DNA of 52,946 bases from a virus (lineage: Duplodnaviria > Caudoviricetes). A program made the translations under genes and the position numbers. The notes below the pieces were generated by a model, which saw only the letters and a list, made by a program, of their open reading frames with translations, had not been told where the DNA came from and ran no database searches. This document shows positions 16,851 through 25,287 of this stretch, in pieces. The stretch lies in IMG/VR virus record IMGVR_UViG_3300037991_003035, positions 1 to 52,946 of that record; one strand, given 5' to 3'. Each line of letters opens with the position of its first letter. Positions within the stretch are counted from its first letter, which is position 1.

Positions 16851-17382
16851 AATAGATGTAAGTGAACATACTGAAAAGAAAGGTAAATTTACATATCTTT
16901 CTTGGGCTTGGGCTGTGAAAGTACTATTAGAAAACTTTCCAGATGCAACTTGGGAAGTACATACTTATTTTGACAATGGTGTAGAAACACCTTATATGCG
17001 TACTCAAGCTGGTGCATTTGTACAAGTAACAGTAAGTATAGACGAAGTAAGAAGAACTCAAGTACATCCAGTATTAGACCATATGAATAAAAGTGTAGAT
17101 GAACCTAACGCTTTTCAAATAAACAATTCAATACAACGTTGTTTAGCAAAAGCAATAGCACTACACGGACTAGGTTTATATATTTACGCTGGTGAAGATT
17201 TACCAACTGAGCCTGAAGAGTTAAATGAGAAACAAGTAACTGAACTATTTGATTTACTTGGTAAAATTGACAACACACAACTTAGTGAGCAAATAAAGAA
17301 AGCTGTTGATAGTAAAGAAATAAATGACGGCAACTTTAAAGGTGCTATGGCTAAACTAAGGAGGCAACATGAAGTCTCTTAA
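16825..17382 (+). CDS. Single-strand annealing protein, Sak3/DUF1071 family
   Basis: EKKGKFTYLSWAWA and QRCLAKAIALHGLGLYIYAGEDLP motifs. Confidence 0.85.
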   Translation: MSAFQTLSKIDVSEHTEKKGKFTYLSWAWAVKVLLENFPDATWEVHTYFDNGVETPYMRTQAGAFVQVTVSIDEVRRTQVHPVLDHMNKSVDEPNAFQINNSIQRCLAKAIALHGLGLYIYAGEDLPTEPEELNEKQVTELFDLLGKIDNTQLSEQIKKAVDSKEINDGNFKGAMAKLRRQHEVS

Positions 17383-17632
17383 TGTAGAAGGCAAAGCAGT
17401 TGATTTTAGAGATGATATATACAAACTGCACACAAAATATACAATAGGTGTAAACGACGGCAAAGAGTTTCGTGAAGCTACGTTTACTGGTACTAAATTA
17501 TATCACGGTAAACCTATGTTAACATTTGTAATGTATGGAGGTAGACGTAATGGTCATCTCAACTTAAATATTAATCAAAGCTATCTATCTTATGCGATAG
17601 AAGAACCTATGGAGGATAAACAAGATGGGTAA
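17369..17632 (+). CDS. Hypothetical protein (87 aa)
   Basis: AGGAGG RBS; overlapping operon arrangement. Confidence 0.7.
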   Translation: MKSLNVEGKAVDFRDDIYKLHTKYTIGVNDGKEFREATFTGTKLYHGKPMLTFVMYGGRRNGHLNLNINQSYLSYAIEEPMEDKQDG

Positions 17633-17900
17633 ATTAAGCGAAGGACAAGCAAAAGACTTGTTAGAAAAAGGTGTTATTGATAAAAGCACTTATCATAAAA
17701 TGGAAAATGATGGTATTATCAGCGCAGGTAGAGGTGTAAAGCGTAGATATATACAAACAGCTGATGGTAATTTTGTATCACCTATGCTGTACTTTTCAGG
17801 ATTAAAAGGTGCTAAGTACTCAGATGACATGAAGAAATTAAAAACGGAAGTAAACCAAGTAATAGAAAAGTTTACTACCACAAACACGGAGAGTAAATAA
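17625..17900 (+). CDS. Hypothetical protein (91 aa)
   Basis: GGAGG RBS; overlapping operon arrangement. Confidence 0.7.
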   Translation: MGKLSEGQAKDLLEKGVIDKSTYHKMENDGIISAGRGVKRRYIQTADGNFVSPMLYFSGLKGAKYSDDMKKLKTEVNQVIEKFTTTNTESK

Positions 17901-17902
17901 AC

Positions 17903-18469
17903 ATGAAAGAAGCTAATATTAACTTTGTTAATGACGATAATTCTGGATACGTTCCAGTACCAGAAGCTACATATCCAGCTCATGTATCTTCATTTAAGAT
18001 GAATGAATACAACGGCAGTTATGTATTTAATGTTACGTTTCAAGTTGCAGATGAAGCTAAAGAGCTAAAGCTACCTAAGTTACGTAAAGATAATAATGGA
18101 AACCACGTACCTACAGGTGAACACGTTAGTGGTGCATTTGTAACAGGTAAAGAATATAGAACTGATAAAGGCGTATGGCTTACACCTAATCCTAGTGAAG
18201 GAGAAGAGTGGAAGAACAAACGTTATAAAGAGTTCTTTGAAAAAATGGGAGTATCATTTCCTAAAAACGATGATGGTATAGTTCAATTAGGCATAGTAGA
18301 AGATGAAGATGTATATGGTCTTCCTTGTTTAATTAAATTAAAAGAAACTGAGTTTACTAACAAAGATGGAGAATCAAAGAAATCTTTGCAAGTAACTGAA
18401 ATATCAGTTTGGGAAAACGGTACCAGAATCAGTAAAGAAGAGTTTGATGCTGATGATTTACCATTTTAG
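17903..18469 (+). CDS. Single-stranded DNA-binding protein (DUF669-like)
   Basis: YVPVPEATYPA N-terminus and acidic DADDLPF tail; adjacent to the annealase. Confidence 0.7.
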   Translation: MKEANINFVNDDNSGYVPVPEATYPAHVSSFKMNEYNGSYVFNVTFQVADEAKELKLPKLRKDNNGNHVPTGEHVSGAFVTGKEYRTDKGVWLTPNPSEGEEWKNKRYKEFFEKMGVSFPKNDDGIVQLGIVEDEDVYGLPCLIKLKETEFTNKDGESKKSLQVTEISVWENGTRISKEEFDADDLPF

Positions 18470-18471
18470 TA

Positions 18472-18500
18472 TTGAATAATTAATACTAATTTATTATATT
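18472..18500 (+). promoter_or_regulatory. Sigma70-like promoter
   Basis: TTGAAT, 17-nt spacer, TATATT; same GTA-TTGA...TATATT context as 15666. Confidence 0.7.
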
Positions 18501-18593
18501 ATATGAGGGTTCGGCGTATTGAGATTAACCAGGATATTCGGTTATCCCTGGTCATGTAAATACAGGTATTGGCTTGCTCAGAACCCTCGTATA
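18501..18593 (+). ncRNA. Structured 5' leader or candidate small RNA
   Basis: TATGAGGGTTC/GAACCCTCGTA 11-bp stem enclosing GTATT/AATAC and ACCAGG/CCTGGT; immediately followed by AAGGAGG. Confidence 0.5.
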
Positions 18594-18605
18594 AAAGGAG
18601 GAATC

Positions 18606-18785
18606 TTGGATAAACTTAAACAAGCACAAGAATTGTTGCGTGTAAATACTGTTTGGAATAGAATCATACAACGAATAAAGAATAGTTTAGAAATTGGTTC
18701 TAGTGAAAAAGATTTAATAGACGATATTGTGCAAATTGAATGGGCGAAGGAAAAACGCAATGAACGAAGCAGTAATAACGATTAA
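18606..18785 (+). CDS. Hypothetical protein (probable TTG start at 18606)
   Basis: AAGGAGG 4 nt upstream; in frame with track ORF 18519-18785. Confidence 0.6.
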   Translation: MDKLKQAQELLRVNTVWNRIIQRIKNSLEIGSSEKDLIDDIVQIEWAKEKRNERSSNND

Positions 18786-18975
18786 ACTTACAGATAGTGA
18801 AGTAAACTTAATGGTTGAAACACTTAAAAATAGCACCTTAAATGGTGAAATGAAAGAACCACTAAAAAGATTAGAAAACGATTTAGTTGATATTCTTGAT
18901 ATGGTATCTTTAAAACGAAGAGAACAAAAACTTATAAATAGTAGGGAGGTTACTATTGGGGAAAACTTATCTTAA
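18760..18975 (+). CDS. Hypothetical protein (probable ATG start at 18760)
   Basis: AAGGA RBS; in frame with track ORF 18727-18975. Confidence 0.6.
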   Translation: MNEAVITIKLTDSEVNLMVETLKNSTLNGEMKEPLKRLENDLVDILDMVSLKRREQKLINSREVTIGENLS

Positions 18976-19156
18976 TAAACTAAAACCTGGTTCTAGGTTT
19001 AGTCTACATGGTTTGCAGGGTATACTACTTAACGTAGGTATCAATGCAGAAGTATTAATAACTGAAATACCAAACGATGCATGGCACCAAGAAAACGAGT
19101 CTTATTATAAAGGAAGACAAACTTGGTCTGCTAAAACATTAGTGGAGGAGTTATGA
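18956..19156 (+). CDS. Hypothetical protein (66 aa)
   Basis: GGAGG RBS, TTG start. Confidence 0.6.
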   Translation: MGKTYLNKLKPGSRFSLHGLQGILLNVGINAEVLITEIPNDAWHQENESYYKGRQTWSAKTLVEEL

Positions 19157-19584
19157 AATGCGAAGCATGTGGACACGAGAACGGAAGAAAATACAATCCA
19201 ATAAGGCGTATCATTTCTCTCTTAGAAGCAAGAGGCGAAACGTTGTGTCAAAAGAGATTAAAACGAATAATAAAAATAATTCGTACACAAATAGTTTCTG
19301 ATAGTAGTAATCAAAAAACCTTTTACTTTCTGCAAGCAATATCCAAAATACCTAACGATACTGTAGAAAGAGTACTTGGTAAGTATGAAATGGATGAACA
19401 TGCATATAGCGGTAAAGGGTTTGCATATCTTCAACAGATGATAATATCTGAACATGAAAATAAATCTAAACTATTAGAAAATGAAATAAAAAAGTTTGGT
19501 AGAACACCAAAGAAGACAAAAGTTGAGCGAGGAGAATATAAAGATGTCTATAGTAGCAATGGAGGAAACACTCTTTCCAGTTAA
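19153..19584 (+). CDS. Hypothetical protein (143 aa), N-terminal CxxC
   Basis: GGAGGAG RBS; ATGA overlap with the previous gene. Confidence 0.7.
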   Translation: MKCEACGHENGRKYNPIRRIISLLEARGETLCQKRLKRIIKIIRTQIVSDSSNQKTFYFLQAISKIPNDTVERVLGKYEMDEHAYSGKGFAYLQQMIISEHENKSKLLENEIKKFGRTPKKTKVERGEYKDVYSSNGGNTLSS

Positions 19585-20329
19585 AGAAGTTCCAGCAACC
19601 TTTATGAAAGCTGAAGGTAAAAAAAGAACTCTGATGACTGAAACAGGGTATAAGTTCATCGTAAGAGAAGATACAGGAGATGTACTATCTTGTATGACTG
19701 ATGAATATAAAGTAGTTGACAACAGAACTGTTGTTGATAAAGTACAAAAAGTATTAAAAGGAAATGGAGTTGAACTAGCTGAAGCAAGAACATTTTCTGG
19801 TGGACAACGTGCTATCTGGAAATGGAATTTCCCTAATACTGAAGTCAAAGTTGACAAAGGTGATTTAATAAATCCACAATTAATCGTTGCAAATAGTTAT
19901 GATGGTACAACATCAGTTAATGTAATGGGTGGTGCATTCAGACTTGTTTGTTTGAATGGTTTGACAATTGGTAATGTTTTAACTAAGAAAAAAGCAGTAC
20001 ATAAGAACAACAATACTGGTATTGTAGATATTGATAAGACAATAACGGATACAGTAACTATGTTAGTTCAGTTGTTTGAACAGGAATTTCCTAGACTGAC
20101 AAGTACTAAGCTTAGAAAGAAACATATGATAGATATATCTAAGATTATTCCAACACAATATATGGAAGACTTTACAAGATATTGCGTAAATAATAATATG
20201 AATACATATTGGGATTTACTAAATGCTTGTACTTATATTGCAACACACGTTGCACATAGAGATAGAGAGTCTGTACATCTAATGGAGAATCAGATATATC
20301 CTACAGTAACAAGATTAGCAAGAGCATAG
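19544..20329 (+). CDS. DUF932-family protein (probable ATG start at 19544)
   Basis: IVREDTGDVLS...YKVVDN, ANSYDGT, FRLVCLNGL motifs. Confidence 0.8.
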   Translation: MSIVAMEETLFPVKEVPATFMKAEGKKRTLMTETGYKFIVREDTGDVLSCMTDEYKVVDNRTVVDKVQKVLKGNGVELAEARTFSGGQRAIWKWNFPNTEVKVDKGDLINPQLIVANSYDGTTSVNVMGGAFRLVCLNGLTIGNVLTKKKAVHKNNNTGIVDIDKTITDTVTMLVQLFEQEFPRLTSTKLRKKHMIDISKIIPTQYMEDFTRYCVNNNMNTYWDLLNACTYIATHVAHRDRESVHLMENQIYPTVTRLARA

Positions 20330-20330
20330 G

Positions 20331-20894
20331 TTCCTGAGAATAAGATAGCTTCTTAATAAAGGTCCCTGAGATATAGACCACTTGATAGAGACTGGCTACG
20401 TTAACCGAAGTCGTATAGAAGTGTAGCACGACCCTCTCTACAAAGTCTATTCTCTTGCTGATAATCTATAGGATGATACATGGAAGAGCTCCAGTAGTTG
20501 CCTATAGTAACAACTACATTTAGTCTCACGGGAAGCATAGCAGACCACGTGGACGAAATTAGTAATTATAGTTAAGTTAAAACCTGAAGCTTAAGCGAAT
20601 GTATACGTACAAATATGGTTGGTGTATACGCTTAACTATATAATTAGGCGGTGATGGATTAGCCAGTAGACTCTAGAGTTTATAAGCCGCCTAAAGAATT
20701 AGAAAGTTGATATGGAGAAATACCATATTGTAAAACTCAATGACGGACCGAACCCTAGGGCGATACCTTTAATATAATCGGTTGGGGACAGAGTTAGAGC
20801 TCATATTTGAAGCGAATCTTTCTATAACATTAGGAGTAGCAACAGAAGGTGAGTCTTGCATAAAGTCCATGGAAACCGAAACTAGCTGCTCCTA
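20331..20894 (+). ncRNA. Array of five stem-closed structured RNA modules (family not recognised)
   Basis: Closing stems: 20331-39/20524-34; 20567-76/20631-40; 20644-51/20687-94; 20700-06/20818-24; 20831-40/20885-94; no ORF in the track. Confidence 0.65.
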
Positions 20895-20911
20895 TAACAT
20901 TTGGAGGAAAT

Positions 20912-21175
20912 ATGAAATTAAGTAAAAGAGAACAAGCATGGGAAGATAGAAAACAATCTTCTGATGACTTTATAATTAAAGAAAATTTTCAAGAAAGACT
21001 TAAAAATTTTAAGTCAGTTGACGTTTGGAGCAAAGAACATATTGCAGAACGTGAAAAATTCTATAAAAAATTCGGTAGAGCTTGGTGGATATTTTGTGGA
21101 GTTTCAGTTGTAGAAAAATACAACGAACAATGGATTAATAAATATAGAGTTTTAGATGGAGAAATAAATGAATAA
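20912..21175 (+). CDS. Hypothetical protein (87 aa)
   Basis: GGAGG RBS. Confidence 0.7.
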   Translation: MKLSKREQAWEDRKQSSDDFIIKENFQERLKNFKSVDVWSKEHIAEREKFYKKFGRAWWIFCGVSVVEKYNEQWINKYRVLDGEINE

Positions 21176-21437
21176 ATCAGAACATTTTGAAAAAAACGAT
21201 ATGGATGATATGTGGGTATGCGATTATTGCGGTACAGAAGAAGTAGATGAAAAAGCGTGGGTTAATATGAACACGCTTGAAGTTATGGAAAGCGTTGACG
21301 ATACTACATATTGGTGTAATATTTGCAATGACGAAGCATCACCATTATCATATTTTGAATTTAAAGAAAAGATTGCTGAAGAATGTGGAGGCAATAAAGA
21401 AAAGTATCATCAAATTTTAGATGGGAGTAGAATGTAA
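21168..21437 (+). CDS. Zn-finger-like hypothetical protein
   Basis: CDYC...AWV..N...WCNIC. Confidence 0.7.
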   Translation: MNKSEHFEKNDMDDMWVCDYCGTEEVDEKAWVNMNTLEVMESVDDTTYWCNICNDEASPLSYFEFKEKIAEECGGNKEKYHQILDGSRM

Positions 21438-21709
21438 TGGGATATTTCAAGAAACTAGAAATAGAACGTATGGATAACTACAAGTTAAGAGAAGCAGAAG
21501 ACTTTGAAGACGGAGTAGATAGGTATCCTATGCCTCATATACCTACAGAAGAGGAAATAGAAGATACTAAACAAGATACTACGTGGAGTGTTAAACACGA
21601 AGGACACTTGAACAGAAATAATATAATCTTCCATAGTAATAAATATCAAAAACTTCACCAAAAAATGAAAAAAGTTGATGATAAATTGAAGGAGCATAAA
21701 GATGAGTGA
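21437..21709 (+). CDS. Hypothetical protein (90 aa)
   Basis: TAATG overlap with the previous gene; GGAG RBS. Confidence 0.65.
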   Translation: MGYFKKLEIERMDNYKLREAEDFEDGVDRYPMPHIPTEEEIEDTKQDTTWSVKHEGHLNRNNIIFHSNKYQKLHQKMKKVDDKLKEHKDE

Positions 21710-21830
21710 CGCTGAAAAAGCATTTGATTTACAAGAAAAAATAGCAAAGCTAATAGATAAATTAAACGAGCTTGGATTTGAGTATATGTATTACAACAAT
21801 ATAAGCTCAATAAGAAGAAAGAGAAAATAA
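21702..21830 (+). CDS. Small hypothetical protein (42 aa; not in ORF track)
   Basis: MSDAEKAFDLQEKIAKLIDKLNELGFEYMYYNNISSIRRKRK; AAGGAG RBS. Confidence 0.6.
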   Translation: MSDAEKAFDLQEKIAKLIDKLNELGFEYMYYNNISSIRRKRK

Positions 21831-21831
21831 C

Positions 21832-22056
21832 ATGATGAAATTTATAAGTATACCTGTATATAGTAGTACAGATGAAGAAAGTGGAGTAACGCATTACGAT
21901 ATAGATGCTATGCGTGAAAAGTTTGAAGAAGAAATGATATTGTTAGAAAGCTCTACACAAGCAGAACTAGATGGATGGGCTGACAAACAAGCAGATTATG
22001 CTATGGACAATATGACAAGTGATGTATATGAACAAGCTAGGGAGGCATTTGAATGA
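21832..22056 (+). CDS. Acidic hypothetical protein (74 aa)
   Basis: Operon context; D/E-rich. Confidence 0.6.
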   Translation: MMKFISIPVYSSTDEESGVTHYDIDAMREKFEEEMILLESSTQAELDGWADKQADYAMDNMTSDVYEQAREAFE

Positions 22057-22454
22057 GCGAAACATTAAAAGAAAAATACAATAGAACTAAAATGTGGTAT
22101 AATTCAGCACAGAAATTGCTTATGGATAGAACCATTGTAAACGTATGGTGGCAAGAATGGGATGAAGATTATCCAGATGAAGGTACTGGTTTAGTATTTA
22201 GTACAGATAAGGGCGATGTATTCTTTGTAGGAATGGATGATGAAGGTAATGGTCCTGGTTCTTTACATGTTGGTATGAGCGATGAACGTAGAGAAGAGTT
22301 TAAGAAAGATGGATTATGTGCTTCTTGTTTACCAGTAGGTGTAGAAAGCAATTCATCATATAAAGAAATGTGGCTAACAATGCATGGTTTAAATAACAAA
22401 AGTTGGGAAGAATCTGGTCATACTGAACTAAAAGAAGTTAAAGATGAAGGATAA
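22053..22454 (+). CDS. Hypothetical protein (133 aa)
   Basis: GGAGG RBS; DDEGNGPGSL motif. Confidence 0.7.
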   Translation: MSETLKEKYNRTKMWYNSAQKLLMDRTIVNVWWQEWDEDYPDEGTGLVFSTDKGDVFFVGMDDEGNGPGSLHVGMSDERREEFKKDGLCASCLPVGVESNSSYKEMWLTMHGLNNKSWEESGHTELKEVKDEG

Positions 22455-23271
22455 TTGTCCTACGGTATTTCCTTATTATGGTGGTAAGTATATACTATCT
22501 AGAAAGTTGGTACCAATGCTTCATAGACATAAAAGATATGTAGAAGTATTCTTTGGCGGGGGAAGTATGTTTTTTAGAAAAGACAAAGCTAAAATAAATG
22601 TATTAAATGACTTGCATAATGATGTAATAAATTTGTATATTTCAGTTGCGGAGGATTTCAATGAGTTTAAACGATATGCAAAACATATATTGTTATCAAG
22701 AACTCTTCACGAAAACTATAGAAAACATATACACGAAAATAAATCTTTTGATATACCTGATGTAAAAAGAGCGGCAATGTACTTTTTCGTATTGAAAACG
22801 GCGTTTAATAAAAACCCTTTTCTACCATTAAGTAAAGACGCTAAATGGAACGATGGTATACTTGATGACTTAGAAGCTAGTAGATTAAAATTACAAGACA
22901 CTTACATAGAGTGTATGGATTTTAGAAAGCTATTTGACAAATACAAACCAGATGAAAACGATATGTGGTATCTTGACCCACCATATGTAGCAGCTACTGA
23001 TAGAAGCGATTACTATATTCATTCATTTAAAGATGAAGACCATAGTGATTTAAAAACTATGTGTGATGATATTGATAAAACAGGTGGAAAGTTTATGGTT
23101 AGTTATGATAACAGACCAATTATCTGGGATATGTATAGGTACTATAACATACAGGAGATACCTATAAAGTACGCTGGACAACTACATAGCGATAAAAAAA
23201 AGATTGAATTAGTTATAACAAACTATATACCAAAAGAAAAACAACTTAGTTTATTTGAAATGGAGGACTAA
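22444..23271 (+). CDS. DNA adenine methyltransferase, Dam/D12 class (target unknown)
   Basis: YYGGK, YVEVFFGGGS, LND and YLDPPY motifs. Confidence 0.9.
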   Translation: MKDNCPTVFPYYGGKYILSRKLVPMLHRHKRYVEVFFGGGSMFFRKDKAKINVLNDLHNDVINLYISVAEDFNEFKRYAKHILLSRTLHENYRKHIHENKSFDIPDVKRAAMYFFVLKTAFNKNPFLPLSKDAKWNDGILDDLEASRLKLQDTYIECMDFRKLFDKYKPDENDMWYLDPPYVAATDRSDYYIHSFKDEDHSDLKTMCDDIDKTGGKFMVSYDNRPIIWDMYRYYNIQEIPIKYAGQLHSDKKKIELVITNYIPKEKQLSLFEMED

Positions 23272-24620
23272 TGAAAATGGATAAACTGAAAGATGTAAAT
23301 GATATATTAGAAATGCCGAAAGCTGAAGAAGCTGAAATTGCGGTATTAGGTTCTATATTACTTGAAGGTAATGAAGTGTTTGAAAAGTCTAAAGGTATTA
23401 TCAGAAATGCGAAAGCATTTTATTCTGAGAAACACCAAAACGTTTGGAATACTTTTATAGAACTATATAGAAATAATGTAGCTATTGATACAGTTACTGT
23501 ATACAATGCTATGAAAGATAGTAAAATAGATAAAAACTTAACTACATACTATCTAACAGGATTAGCCGATGGCGTTCCTACAACTGCAAACGTTGAACAT
23601 TACTCTAAAATTGTATGGTATAAATATATACAACGTAGAGTAATTAGAGGTTCGCAAGTTTTATACAACTTAAGTTTGAATAGTAAAGAAGATGTTATTG
23701 AATTACTACACGAACATGAGAAAGAAATAGAAGAACTAAAATCTGTTGCACCTAGCAAGAAAGTAGATACTAAAGATATAATTAACGATACTATATCAAC
23801 ACTTAAAACAGGTAGTAATTTAATTCCTTTTGGTATTGAACAGCTTGATAAAGCAGCAGGTGGTATGACTCGTAGTGAGATTACTGTACTTGGTGGTAGA
23901 CCAGGACATGGTAAAACTACTATGGTTATAAATGTTGTAAAGCGATTACTTGAACAAGGCTTTAAAGTTATGTTATTTAATCGTGAGATGACTAACGTTG
24001 AAATGATGAAGAAAATATTAGTAATGGAAAATCAAAAGTTTAGTTATGAAAAAATAAGAAAAGCTAAAAACATTGATAATGAAATTGCTGAAATATCTTT
24101 AAACAAAGCAGAACTAGGAGAAAAGTATAAGAATCTGATTATGCATGATGATTGTAAAACACTTGCAGATGCTATGAAAGAGATAGCTAAGGAAAAACCA
24201 GACGTTGTACTTGATGACTATATCCAACTTATTCGTACAGACAACAAGAATAATAAAGATAGACGTTTTGAAATTGAAGATATAATGTTAGATTATAAAT
24301 GGATTTGTAAAAAAGTAAATTGTAGTGCTATACTAGTATCACAATTAAATAGAGAAATAGAGCGTAGGATAGACCCAAGACCGAAGTTATCAGACTTTGC
24401 AGAAAGTGGTGTTATAGAACAAACTGCGGAAGCGGCGTTCTTTGTATATTATCCTTATGCGGTTGATGACAAGGAAAATGATAGATACCAAATGGAAATC
24501 ATATGTCAAAAAGCAAGATATGGACAACTAGGTAGTTATGACCTAGGGTTTAATGGCGACAAGTGTAGCGTTTACTTTGATAGAACAGAAGCTATAAGGG
24601 TAATGAGCAGTTATACCTAA
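23271..24620 (+). CDS. dnaB: Replicative DNA helicase, DnaB family
   Basis: EAEIAVLGSIL N-domain, GGRPGHGKT Walker A, LDDYIQL, SQLNREIERR, SGVIEQTA, KARYG. Confidence 0.95.
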   Translation: MKMDKLKDVNDILEMPKAEEAEIAVLGSILLEGNEVFEKSKGIIRNAKAFYSEKHQNVWNTFIELYRNNVAIDTVTVYNAMKDSKIDKNLTTYYLTGLADGVPTTANVEHYSKIVWYKYIQRRVIRGSQVLYNLSLNSKEDVIELLHEHEKEIEELKSVAPSKKVDTKDIINDTISTLKTGSNLIPFGIEQLDKAAGGMTRSEITVLGGRPGHGKTTMVINVVKRLLEQGFKVMLFNREMTNVEMMKKILVMENQKFSYEKIRKAKNIDNEIAEISLNKAELGEKYKNLIMHDDCKTLADAMKEIAKEKPDVVLDDYIQLIRTDNKNNKDRRFEIEDIMLDYKWICKKVNCSAILVSQLNREIERRIDPRPKLSDFAESGVIEQTAEAAFFVYYPYAVDDKENDRYQMEIICQKARYGQLGSYDLGFNGDKCSVYFDRTEAIRVMSSYT

Positions 24621-25063
24621 TGAATATAATAGCTATAGACCCTGGATGGAATGGTGCAGTTGCTTTCTTTGCTCAAGACAACCTCCATTCAACTAGTAAT
24701 TGCCCTTCCTCTAGGGAACCTATAGACATGGTTAAATTAATCAAACAATATAATACTAATTCTAACACAATCGTATATATTGAACGAGTTTGGTCAAGAC
24801 CATATGAGAGAGGGGCATTTACATTTGGGAAGAATTACGGCATCTGGTTAGGTATTTGTAATGCGTTAGACCTACCTATTGTTAAGGTTCTTCCTAAAAA
24901 ATGGCAAGATGTTATAGGTAATAGAATACCAAAAGATTATCAAAAACGTAAACAGTACTTTAAACGTAGAGCAAAAGCTTTTGCAGGTAGCAAACACAAA
25001 GTTACTCTTAAGAACGCAGATGCTATATGTATTGGAATGTACGCTATAAAGGAGATAAAATGA
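24620..25063 (+). CDS. RuvC-like Holliday junction resolvase
   Basis: IAIDPG, YIERV, FTFGKNYG, PKKWQ, ADAICI. Confidence 0.85.
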   Translation: MNIIAIDPGWNGAVAFFAQDNLHSTSNCPSSREPIDMVKLIKQYNTNSNTIVYIERVWSRPYERGAFTFGKNYGIWLGICNALDLPIVKVLPKKWQDVIGNRIPKDYQKRKQYFKRRAKAFAGSKHKVTLKNADAICIGMYAIKEIK

Positions 25064-25287
25064 ATTATAAAGAAATATATTCTTCTAGTAAACAAGCTAG
25101 ATTGGATTTACTTATGTTGTATTTAGACATAGAATCAGATAAAAATAAATTAAAAGATAAATCTATAGTTACTAAGCTAAAAAACTTTGAGAAAGAATTA
25201 GAAAATAAAGGTTATCCTACAAAAAAAGAGTTAATAAAAGAGTTTGCAAATTATTCTATTAAAGATGACCAAACATCTATAGCTTAA
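25060..25287 (+). CDS. Hypothetical protein (probable ATG start at 25060), last plus-strand gene
   Basis: AAGGAG RBS; its stop codon overlaps the stop of the convergent 992-aa gene. Confidence 0.6.
   Translation: MNYKEIYSSSKQARLDLLMLYLDIESDKNKLKDKSIVTKLKNFEKELENKGYPTKKELIKEFANYSIKDDQTSIA

Noticed and set aside
20583-20600. Hammerhead ribozyme core (CUGAAGC...GAAU; also CAGAAGG...CGAAA at 20843-20881)
   Set aside because: Both deviate from the invariant CUGANGA and/or GAAA core, and I could not build stems I and III.
20331-20894. CRISPR array or tRNA cluster
   Set aside because: No direct repeats of CRISPR length and no T-loop or cloverleaf pattern; I saw no tRNA anywhere in the window.
25284-25287. 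Bidirectional terminator at the convergence of the two arms
   Set aside because: The two stop codons overlap (TTAA) and no hairpin is visible.
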